This document shows, in pieces, positions 56,481 to 64,000 of a stretch of 64,000 bases of DNA (its first letter is position 1; each line of letters opens with the position of its first letter). The DNA is taken from positions 6,142-70,141 of the forward strand of contig PFSB01000026.1 of the NCBI GenBank assembly GCA_002788855.1, in the 5' to 3' direction. The DNA is from Candidatus Roizmanbacteria bacterium CG_4_9_14_0_2_um_filter_38_17. Its GTDB lineage: Bacteria; Patescibacteriota; Microgenomatia; GCA-00278855. A program made the translations under genes and the position numbers. The notes under the pieces are model-generated. The model was given only the letters and a program-made list of their open reading frames with translations. It made no database searches and was not told the DNA's origin.

Positions 56481-56516
56481 GCTTAAAATCAACCCTTTTG
56501 TAAGGTTAAGCCTTAC
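56481..56516 (+). repeat. Direct repeat E: GCTTAAAATCAACCCTTTTGTAAGGTTAAGCCTTAC
   Basis: Second copy of repeat D. Together they bound an approximately 1-kb segment. Confidence 0.5.
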
Positions 56517-56656
56517 AAAAATTCATGAATAGAGCAAGAATTATTTTCCTTTAAGATTTAGTTTTTGGAGTTTTTTTGTCTTTGTTCATACTCGTACATT
56601 ATCATGGATTGTATTTCAAAGTATACTACTCAACTTAAAGCAAGGCTTTTGAGTTA

Positions 56657-56677
56657 CTCTAACCCTCGGGGTTAGAG
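56657..56677. terminator. Hairpin CTCTAACCC-TCG-GGGTTAGAG followed by a T-rich tract on the + strand, 5 nt beyond the dnaB stop
   Basis: 9-bp perfect stem with TGGTTTATTTGGTTTTG downstream on the + strand. Confidence 0.4.
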
Positions 56678-56681
56678 TGGT

Positions 56682-58007
56682 TTATTTGGTTTTGTTCATT
56701 CCGTAGAAGCTGATGCGGTCACCTCTGAAGGCTAAGTCAATTGTTCCTACTTTTCCATTTCGGTGTTTGGCTATAAATAGCTTGGTTAATACCTGTGAAT
56801 CCCAGTCCTCATTTTCCTCATCTTCCCGGTATAAAAACATGACTACGTCAGCATCCTGCTCAATCGCTCCTGATTCGCGAAGATCAGCAAGCTGAGGCTT
56901 TTTAACTCCACGGCTTTCAACTGCACGAGAGAGCTGCGAGAGAGCAAGGACAGGCACTTTTAGCTCACGAGCCAAGTTCTTGAGTGACTGAGAAATCATA
57001 GAAACCTCAACAACGCGGTTTTCATACCTGCCGCCCGCATTAGCCAACTGGAGATAGTCAACAATCACCAATCCTATATTATGTTCAAGTTGTAGCTTCC
57101 TGGCTTTTGTTCGCATCTCCATCACATTTAACCCTGGAGTATCGTCAATAAATAACTTAGCAGCAGAAAGCTCACTCATTGCTTTGGTTATATTCCCGAG
57201 GTCGGAATCTGACAGCTTACCTGTTTTCAGACGCCAGGCGTCAATATTCGCCTGAGCAACGAGCAGACGATCAACCAATTCTTCCTTACTCATCTCCAGT
57301 GAGAAAAAAGCAACGGGTACTTTTGAAACCAGTGCTGCGTGCTTGGCGATATTTAAGGAAAAAGCGGTTTTACCCATACCCGGTCTTGCAGCTAAAACAA
57401 CTAAATTAGAATCTTGTAACCCGGCAAGCTTGTCATCGAGATCTTTAAATCCCGTACTTACCCCTCGAAGCTCCCCTCCTCTTTTGTGAATTTCGTTTAT
57501 ACGCTCAAAGCTGGCAACTAAGGCATCTTTTAGCGCTGTAAAATCTCTTTTAATATGTTGGCGGGAAAGATTAAATATGGAGCTTTCTGCTTGTTCTAGT
57601 AGGTCTTTTACTTCTTGGTCATCTTGAAATGACAATTCCGTTGTTTTGGCTGCAACAGAGATTAAGGTTCGTTTGATATATGCTTCTTCAACAATAGTTG
57701 AATATTGTTTGATGTTACCTGCAGTTGGCACCACCTCGAGAAGTTCTGAAAGATAAGCAGATCCTCCAATCTTGGCAAGGCTTTTATTTTTTTTGAGCTG
57801 GGCTGTAAGTGTTATAAGATCAATTGGTTCCATTTTTTCGTAAAGCTCAAGAATCGCCTCATAGATCCGGCGGTGTTTTTCAAAGTAGAAGTGTTCGGGT
57901 GTAAGGCGGCCAGCTATCTCAATGAGAGCACCTGGTTCAATTAATGTTGAGCCTAAAACGCTCTTTTCTGCTTCTTCATCATGTGGGGGGATGCGTGGAT
58001 CAGCCAT
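56682..58007 (-). CDS. dnaB: Replicative DNA helicase DnaB
   Basis: N-terminal DnaB domain, Walker A GARPGMGKT and RecA-like C-domain motifs. Confidence 0.95.
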   Translation of the reverse strand: MADPRIPPHDEEAEKSVLGSTLIEPGALIEIAGRLTPEHFYFEKHRRIYEAILELYEKMEPIDLITLTAQLKKNKSLAKIGGSAYLSELLEVVPTAGNIKQYSTIVEEAYIKRTLISVAAKTTELSFQDDQEVKDLLEQAESSIFNLSRQHIKRDFTALKDALVASFERINEIHKRGGELRGVSTGFKDLDDKLAGLQDSNLVVLAARPGMGKTAFSLNIAKHAALVSKVPVAFFSLEMSKEELVDRLLVAQANIDAWRLKTGKLSDSDLGNITKAMSELSAAKLFIDDTPGLNVMEMRTKARKLQLEHNIGLVIVDYLQLANAGGRYENRVVEVSMISQSLKNLARELKVPVLALSQLSRAVESRGVKKPQLADLRESGAIEQDADVVMFLYREDEENEDWDSQVLTKLFIAKHRNGKVGTIDLAFRGDRISFYGMNKTK

Positions 58008-58692
58008 TTAAGACAACCATCTGTGTTTCTTCTGGCATTTGTGATTTAGTGATAGTTAGCTTATCTTCTGGTTGGACGTCCTTTTCTCCAATCTGGGAGA
58101 TAAAGTCTTCCACTCCCGCAAGTTCTTTGTAGATATTTTGATCTAAACCTTTGCGGTTATAATGCATCGGAATGACAATCCCAGGATCTAGCTGTGATGT
58201 TACCTGAGCAGCCACTTTTGCATCAATTGTGAATACTCCACCGGTGGGAATAAGCAAGATATCTACCTGGTCCATGCTTTTTAGTGTTTCGTCTGTTAAC
58301 TTATGCCCAAGGTCTCCACAGTGCAGGATAGAAATATCATCTATTGTGATTAAAAACATGATGTTTTGCCCCCGCTCGGATCCAGAACTTGAATCATGGA
58401 ATGTTGGGTAACCAATTACGCGTACTTCTTTAATCTCATATTCACCAGGTCCTTCCACAATAAAAGGATTACCCTCTACCTTCTCAATATAATTATGGTC
58501 CGCGTGTTGATGAGAAACTGTTAACACATCAGCAGACACCTTAGGAAAGGCAAGCCCTGTGCTTTTTGGATCAAATGGATCGGTAACCACACTAGTTGCT
58601 TGACCTTTAATACGAAACGATGAATGACCTAAATAGTGTATAACCATGGTATCTGTATATATACCAGAATTTGAACAATTTTTCAATCGCAA
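58000..58692 (-). CDS. Metallo-beta-lactamase-fold hydrolase (UPF0173-like)
   Basis: HxHxDH motif SHQHADHN. Confidence 0.8.
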   Translation of the reverse strand: MRLKNCSNSGIYTDTMVIHYLGHSSFRIKGQATSVVTDPFDPKSTGLAFPKVSADVLTVSHQHADHNYIEKVEGNPFIVEGPGEYEIKEVRVIGYPTFHDSSSGSERGQNIMFLITIDDISILHCGDLGHKLTDETLKSMDQVDILLIPTGGVFTIDAKVAAQVTSQLDPGIVIPMHYNRKGLDQNIYKELAGVEDFISQIGEKDVQPEDKLTITKSQMPEETQMVVLNG

Positions 58693-58735
58693 AAATTGAC
58701 TATTGCTGGATTAGATTGTAATATAGGTACACTTT

Positions 58736-59188
58736 ATGAGTCGCGAATCTATTGTTGCAATTATTATAGGATTTGGAATTGGCCTCTTAGTAGCATTGAG
58801 CGTACTCTTTGGACCAAGTCTATTAAAGAGTCTGGACTTCAAACTACCCTTTTTAAAGGATTCCCAGGATACACAGATACGCCTGGATATGGACAAAGAC
58901 GTAGACAATAAAAATGACAAGGTAACTCAGGAACTAGTAATAAACAACCCAATAGATGGTGGTGTTTTTGTGCAAAAAAACTCCGATGTATTAGTAAAAG
59001 GAAAAACAGAGCCAGGAGCAAATGTGGTAGGATTGTCTATGGTCAACCAAGTTCAATCGACAGCTAATAAAGAGGGTGTATTTGAATTAGAACTTGAGCT
59101 TTTAGAAGGAAAAAATATTATACAAGTTGTTTCATATAGTGACCAGACCAAGACAGCTGAATTAACAATTTACTATGCTAAAGACTAA
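58736..59188 (+). CDS. Hypothetical secreted or membrane-anchored protein
   Basis: N-terminal TM/signal VAIIIGFGIGLLVALSVLF. Confidence 0.4.
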   Translation: MSRESIVAIIIGFGIGLLVALSVLFGPSLLKSLDFKLPFLKDSQDTQIRLDMDKDVDNKNDKVTQELVINNPIDGGVFVQKNSDVLVKGKTEPGANVVGLSMVNQVQSTANKEGVFELELELLEGKNIIQVVSYSDQTKTAELTIYYAKD

Positions 59189-59843
59189 TTTTAAATACCT
59201 ATTATTAACTGCTGTATTTTTGAGTATATTTATAGCACCTAGTGCGCTGGTCTGGGCGCAGACAGAAGCAACGGAAAGCTCTAACACGCAAGAAAAGATA
59301 GACCTAATAAAGGAGAAAGTGGCATCTCGGGTGGCTGAGTTAACTAAAGCAATTACAGTTGGCGTTGAAGGGTCAATTGAAAAAATTGAAGAAGGCTTGC
59401 TGACGCTGGATATAAACGGCAAACAAAAAACGGTTAATACTGACAAAGATACAGTAGTCAGTAAGAGAAATAGCGACTTGAGCATAGATGAGCTAAAATT
59501 TGACGATCTGGAAGAGAATGACGAAATAGTTGTCATTGGTGAAGAACAGATTGGAACAGATATTATTAATGCTAAATTAATTACCACTTCTTCCCCTGTG
59601 ATTGCATTTACTGGCGAAGTTAAAGAAGTGGATATTAAAAAGTTCACTTTTGTTTTAATGGAAGCAGACCTAGAATATACCTTTGATTTTGAAAAATATA
59701 CAGATTCATTAAAACTAACAGATAACAACTTTGAAGAAGCAGGCTTTACCAAAATTAAAGAAGGAGTAAAAGTTCAATTATTAGCCTCCCCCCAGAAGAA
59801 TTCAGAGACGAGATTCACAGCTCTCAGGTTGATTGTTTTGTAA
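59175..59843 (+). CDS. Hypothetical secreted protein
   Basis: Signal peptide LLLTAVFLSIFIAPSALVWA followed by an acidic soluble domain. Confidence 0.45.
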   Translation: MLKTNFKYLLLTAVFLSIFIAPSALVWAQTEATESSNTQEKIDLIKEKVASRVAELTKAITVGVEGSIEKIEEGLLTLDINGKQKTVNTDKDTVVSKRNSDLSIDELKFDDLEENDEIVVIGEEQIGTDIINAKLITTSSPVIAFTGEVKEVDIKKFTFVLMEADLEYTFDFEKYTDSLKLTDNNFEEAGFTKIKEGVKVQLLASPQKNSETRFTALRLIVL

Positions 59844-60085
59844 TCATGTGTACTTAACTATTAACATATACTTTTATAGCATTTTTGATATTAGCCAAAG
59901 CCTCGTCAATTGTGTCTCCGTCATCGGCTACTCCAAGAGTAGGACACAAAGCTGTGAATCCGGGCTTGCCAGTTCCAGTTTGCTTGTCAGGACTAACAAT
60001 AATTCGGTAGTTCAAAACTCTTGTTTTCATATGAGATTATTGTAATACGGATATAATAATAAAGCAAAATAGTTTACTCCACTTG

Positions 60086-60101
60086 ACTAAAGTGCTTTAG
60101 T
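60086..60101. promoter_or_regulatory. Palindrome ACTAAAGTGCTTTAGT overlapping a TTGACT -35 upstream of the trpR-like gene (candidate operator)
   Basis: TTGACTAAAGTGCTTTAGTGTGATAAAGTG. AAAGTG is repeated. Confidence 0.3.
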
Positions 60102-60120
60102 GTGATAAAGTGTTCGTCAT

Positions 60121-60450
60121 ATGAAGAACATAAAACCCAGATGGGTTAACTCTGATACAGACAATTTGTTTGAAGCAATATTACGGCTTGAGGATACTCA
60201 GGAAGCGCACAGGTTTTTTCGTGATCTTTTAACAGAGGGTGAAATAATGGAATTTGCTGCTCGCTGGAAAGCAGCAAGAATGTTAAATTCAGGTATCCCC
60301 TATTCCCAAATACAGAAAGAAACTGGGTTAAGTTCAACTACTGTTGCCAGAGTTAGCCAGTGGCTTACACGAGGAATGAGTGGTTATCAGTTAATGTTAG
60401 ATAAACTTCACCATAGCGAGCATGTCATAGATCCCGCAAAGAGGATCTAG
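60121..60450 (+). CDS. TrpR-like protein, YerC/YecD family
   Basis: Trp-repressor-like helical fold with an HTH segment ETGLSSTTVARVSQWL. Confidence 0.75.
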   Translation: MKNIKPRWVNSDTDNLFEAILRLEDTQEAHRFFRDLLTEGEIMEFAARWKAARMLNSGIPYSQIQKETGLSSTTVARVSQWLTRGMSGYQLMLDKLHHSEHVIDPAKRI

Positions 60451-60527
60451 AGACATTCGTGATGGATTAATCCCCCACTTAAATTCATCCCTCCCGAATA
60501 TTTCTTAAGAATTAATATAGTTAAATT

Positions 60528-61265
60528 ATGACTAAAGAATTAGATAATAGAATACTTTTTGTGGCAGCAACTCACGGAGATGAGGGCTTTTCTATTGATG
60601 CGCTAGATCAGCTGAAAGCTGACTATGCTAAAGATGAATATGGCTATGACTGGATAATAGGAAATCCTATTGCACTAGCTGAGAATGTGCGTTTTATCGA
60701 CACAGATCTTAATAGATGTGCCCCAGGGAATGTAGATAGTGACCTATACGAAGAAAGAAGAGCAAGTCAACTTATAAGAATATCTGATGACTATGGTGAA
60801 TTAATAGATATACACGGAACAACTGCAAACACAGGTATATTTACACTGGTTACTTATCCAAGTATTGAGAACATCTTGTTTGCAGCGTCTCTACCTATAG
60901 ATAGAGTTGTATTTTGGTACTCGAATAAATCCCAAATCAAAGGGCCACTTACGCAGTTCTGTAGTCAGCCTGCTATTGAAATAGAATGTGGTCCCAAAGG
61001 TGATCTAGGCATAATAATTCAACTTAGAAGTATCTTATCTATGTTCTTACAAAATAGAAAAAATGGTTTGAAAATTGATCTAGATAATAAAGAATTTTAT
61101 GCGGTTTATGGAGCAATAAAACAGTGGCAAGGAGATAGATTGAGTGATTTTGAATTGGTAACACAGGGTAGTGAGGATTTTTACCCGCTATTAGTAGGTC
61201 AATATTCTGACAAAATTTGCTACAAGATGAGAAAAGTAGATTTTGCAAAGCAGTTTATATACTAA
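60528..61265 (+). CDS. Succinylglutamate desuccinylase / aspartoacylase (AstE/AspA) family zinc hydrolase
   Basis: Motifs ATHGDEG, TDLNRCAPG and IDIHG. Confidence 0.65.
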   Translation: MTKELDNRILFVAATHGDEGFSIDALDQLKADYAKDEYGYDWIIGNPIALAENVRFIDTDLNRCAPGNVDSDLYEERRASQLIRISDDYGELIDIHGTTANTGIFTLVTYPSIENILFAASLPIDRVVFWYSNKSQIKGPLTQFCSQPAIEIECGPKGDLGIIIQLRSILSMFLQNRKNGLKIDLDNKEFYAVYGAIKQWQGDRLSDFELVTQGSEDFYPLLVGQYSDKICYKMRKVDFAKQFIY

Positions 61266-61267
61266 AT

Positions 61268-61819
61268 ATGAAATCACTTAGAAAAATACAGATTGGTGTA
61301 ATGGGGTCTGCCTCAGATACGAAGTACTCCAAGAGATTGGAAAGCCTAGCGGTAAGCGTGGGATACTGGGTTGCAAATAAAGGAGCAACTCTCGTTTTTG
61401 GTGCTGAGAAAGATTGTGACTCTTTATCAACGGCTGCCTGCCGCGGTGCAAAAAAAGCTAATGGACTAACAGTTGGTGTTACGTATGGAAAAGGTCTTGA
61501 CGTCTTTGAGAAAAATGCAGACGTGATAATTGCTAGCGGTTTAGAACGTGGAGGAGGAAGAGAAACTACTCTTGTATTAAGTTGTGATGCAATTATCACA
61601 ATCAGTGGAGGATCAGGAACACTAACAGAAATAGCCATTGCTTACCAAGCAAATATACCCATTGTTGTATTAAAAAATACTGGAGGATGGAGTTCTAAGT
61701 TAGCCGGGCAGTTTATTGATAGCAGAAAACGACTAAGAGTTGAAGAGGCTAATACACCAAAAAGCGCTGTTGAAAAAGTACTTAAATTAATCAAAGACAA
61801 AAATGAGGAAATTAAATAA
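61268..61819 (+). CDS. LOG / TIGR00725-family Rossmann-fold protein (cytokinin riboside 5'-monophosphate phosphoribohydrolase-like)
   Basis: GVMGSA...VFGAE...ISGGSGTLTEIAIA matches the LOG PGGxGTLEE motif. The start was trimmed from 61217. Confidence 0.65.
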   Translation: MKSLRKIQIGVMGSASDTKYSKRLESLAVSVGYWVANKGATLVFGAEKDCDSLSTAACRGAKKANGLTVGVTYGKGLDVFEKNADVIIASGLERGGGRETTLVLSCDAIITISGGSGTLTEIAIAYQANIPIVVLKNTGGWSSKLAGQFIDSRKRLRVEEANTPKSAVEKVLKLIKDKNEEIK

Positions 61820-61968
61820 ATCTCCACTACTAGTTCACCATATCCATATCAATCTCTTCTGGGAAGAGATTGGCTGTGGTATTGAACTCTCCTTGTAACA
61901 GCGATTTACCTCATTCAATCCCTTTTCATATAAGAGTTTGTTCTCTTTGTGTAAGGAAATGATCGGAG

Positions 61969-62883
61969 GTGATAATTATGTTAGAAAGAAAAAATTTAGT
62001 TCAACCTGAAAGTACAGAGGTATTAACCTCTGTACCTTATGTTGTTTCTGGAGATATAAAAATATTATTGGAGAACTGGGCAGATCAGCGTGGTTTTGTA
62101 CTACCGGAAGCTAGTTTTTTTGTCGATCTTAGAGCTAATTTTAGCTCCTATATGCAACAAATGTTCGGTGGCTTTGAACTTGTATCTGAAATTGAGTTGG
62201 TAAATGGTATGGCCAAACAAGTGGAGTCTACTGGTCTACCAGCAATATCATTAGACCGAGTATATTTTCGCTCAGAATCGTTCTTAGATATAACTCGCCA
62301 GGTTGAAAATACCGGAAAAGACAAAGGGCTTGGAAGGCGCATGGGATCCCCCACCCTGCTCCAGCAATTTAGAGCTCTACGGGAACAAAATATCAGTAAG
62401 GTTACGTTAGTAGATGACGTCATATTTGCTGGTGAACAGGTTACCAGAATAAGCAAAATGCTTGAAAGAATAGGAATTAGTGTTCCAGTAGTTTGCGCTG
62501 GTATTGGAATTGGTGAAGGGATAGAGCAACTAAATAACCTTGGTCAAGAAGTAAGATGTGTTCGACAATATAAAGATGTCATAGACGAAATATGTGAAAG
62601 AGATTTTTATCCTGGTGTGCCAATGTGTGGCCGCTCAATCCAAGGTGATAATAATATTGGAGTTCCATACATATTGCCACTCGGTAATCCGGGTAAATGG
62701 GCATCCATACCTGACCAATGGCAAGCTCCCTTTTCGGGCTTTTGCATCCAGCAAACAGTTAAATTATTTGAAGCAATTGAAATTGCTTCAGGAAAAGAAG
62801 TCCAATGTAGAGACCTTGAGAGAAAGGTGTTTTCATTACCTAATGATGGAACACGATTTGTTGATGCTTTAGTAAATCTATAG
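61969..62883 (+). CDS. Hypothetical protein with phosphoribosyltransferase-like motif
   Basis: VTLVDDVIFAGEQV resembles the type-I PRTase PRPP-binding loop. Confidence 0.4.
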   Translation: MIIMLERKNLVQPESTEVLTSVPYVVSGDIKILLENWADQRGFVLPEASFFVDLRANFSSYMQQMFGGFELVSEIELVNGMAKQVESTGLPAISLDRVYFRSESFLDITRQVENTGKDKGLGRRMGSPTLLQQFRALREQNISKVTLVDDVIFAGEQVTRISKMLERIGISVPVVCAGIGIGEGIEQLNNLGQEVRCVRQYKDVIDEICERDFYPGVPMCGRSIQGDNNIGVPYILPLGNPGKWASIPDQWQAPFSGFCIQQTVKLFEAIEIASGKEVQCRDLERKVFSLPNDGTRFVDALVNL

Positions 62884-63005
62884 ACCTGTTGCCGATTGAT
62901 CTTTTGGTCGATCGGCTATGGTTTTTTATTTAGCTTTAAAATTACATATCAGAGTTATATGTGAAACTGAGTTATGTAATTTCTGGGTGTGCTAAGATAC
63001 TACCT

Positions 63006-64000
63006 ATGGAGATAGAAAAAGTAGTTGAACAAAACAGCAAAATTAGGAGCTTAACTACCCAAGAGTACCAGATAGGAAGAAACGTGATGGAGGCTTGCAT
63101 GTATGTGCAACCGAGCGAGAAAGTGCTCATAGTTACAGATCCCGAGGAGTACAAAAATGCAGCTATCTTTTTTGAGGCTGCCAAAGAATTTACTGACAGT
63201 GTCAAGCTCATCTCTTTTTCGGGAATGCATAAAAATGCCCAAGAGCCGCCGCCAGAAATAGTACAAGAAATAATAGCTGCGGACGTTGCTATCCTTATCA
63301 CTAAACACTCTCTAACCCACACAAAGGGCAGATTAGATGGCACAAAAAGTAAAACACGAATTGCCACGATGCCAGGAATAACACAAGAAATAATCATGCG
63401 AACTTTGGGAGTGGACTATAGTGAGGTTGCAGCTTTGTCTATTAAAATTGCTAATATTTTAACTAAAAGTAAAAAAGGAAAACTTACTGCTGAGGGTGGC
63501 ACGGATATCACGTTTAGTATAGCTGGTAGAGCTGGAATTGCGGATACGGGTTTGTTTGTAAAGAAAGGAGCCGAGGGAAATTTGCCCGCGGGTGAGGCAT
63601 TTATTGCGCCTTTAGAAGGCACGACCAATGGAATAATTGTATTTGATGGTAGCTTTGATGCAATAGAGCTGAATCAACCAATAATAACTGAAATTCAAGA
63701 TGGCAAAGTGATAAGTATCAAAGGGGGTAAGCCCGCAGATATTTTAAAGCGAAGAATGGACTCAGCTGGCGAGGCAGCTTACAATATTGCCGAACTGGGG
63801 ATAGGTACTAATTCGGCAGCAGAGCTCAGCAGCAACCTTTTGGAAGCTGAAAAAGTATTTGGAACTGTGCATGTGGCAATGGGCAGCAATATTACATTTG
63901 GTGGGACAGTGTCTGTACCTTTTCATTCAGATGGTGTAATTCTCTCCCCTACTCTTAAAGTAGATGATATACTTATATTAGATAGAGGTAGCTTTAGATG
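63006..64000 (+). CDS. M29-family aminopeptidase (AmpS/PepS-like), 3'-partial at the window edge
   Basis: Open frame from ATG 63006 to the window end. The sequence is collinear with the thermophilic aminopeptidase family (VHVAMGSN...HSDGV). Confidence 0.75.
   Translation, partial: MEIEKVVEQNSKIRSLTTQEYQIGRNVMEACMYVQPSEKVLIVTDPEEYKNAAIFFEAAKEFTDSVKLISFSGMHKNAQEPPPEIVQEIIAADVAILITKHSLTHTKGRLDGTKSKTRIATMPGITQEIIMRTLGVDYSEVAALSIKIANILTKSKKGKLTAEGGTDITFSIAGRAGIADTGLFVKKGAEGNLPAGEAFIAPLEGTTNGIIVFDGSFDAIELNQPIITEIQDGKVISIKGGKPADILKRRMDSAGEAAYNIAELGIGTNSAAELSSNLLEAEKVFGTVHVAMGSNITFGGTVSVPFHSDGVILSPTLKVDDILILDRGSFR

Noticed and set aside
59162-59752. 196-aa minus-strand ORF
   Set aside because: It is fully antisense to the signal-peptide protein gene 59175..59843 and has Ser/Val-rich low complexity.
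62972-63628. Minus-strand ORFs 62972..63397 and 63416..63628
   Set aside because: They are antisense to a long open frame with clear M29 aminopeptidase similarity that runs off the window end.

Overview
This is a 64-kb window from a low-GC, compact bacterial genome that looks like Candidate Phyla Radiation (Patescibacteria). That placement is an inference from gene content: an archaeal/eukaryote-type DRG GTPase, short ThrRS and PheT, an rpmI-rplT-pheST-style operon, many type IV pilins, and -10 boxes placed 6-8 nt before start codons. Coding density is high. Housekeeping genes include thrS, infC, rpmI, rplT, pheS, pheT, tyrS, rpmF, nusB, rnc, rpsP, gyrB, ppa, gyrA, folD, dnaB, efp, lgt and yebC. 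There are five tRNAs, a MacAB-like efflux ABC system, a PBP1A gene and an Xer-like recombinase. The main accessory content is a two-part type IV pilus system at about 23.7-26.9 kb and 27.9-39.7 kb. It comprises pilM, pilN-like and pilO-like genes, pilB, pilT, pilC, pilD, at least eight prepilin-type genes and a GT-C glycosyltransferase. A family of conserved stem-loops and a shared upstream motif are embedded in this pilus region. One pilin gene is split by a G8 homopolymer frameshift. Two IS200/IS605-type (Y1 HUH) transposase genes are each flanked by palindromic repeats; one is inserted into the 3' end of pheT. Two ~1-kb single-gene islets flanked by direct repeats lie next to tRNA-Val and tRNA-Leu(CAA). 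An orphan winged-HTH gene with a Cas2/VapD-like (PaaX-like) domain carries a 13-nt palindromic box that recurs as a pair in the pilus/alaX intergenic region. Two ORF-free stretches of 0.5-0.6 kb could hold ncRNAs. rpmF carries an apparent +1 frameshift in a C-run. No CRISPR array and no rRNA were seen. Coordinates of manually located non-ORF features are approximate to about 2 nt.
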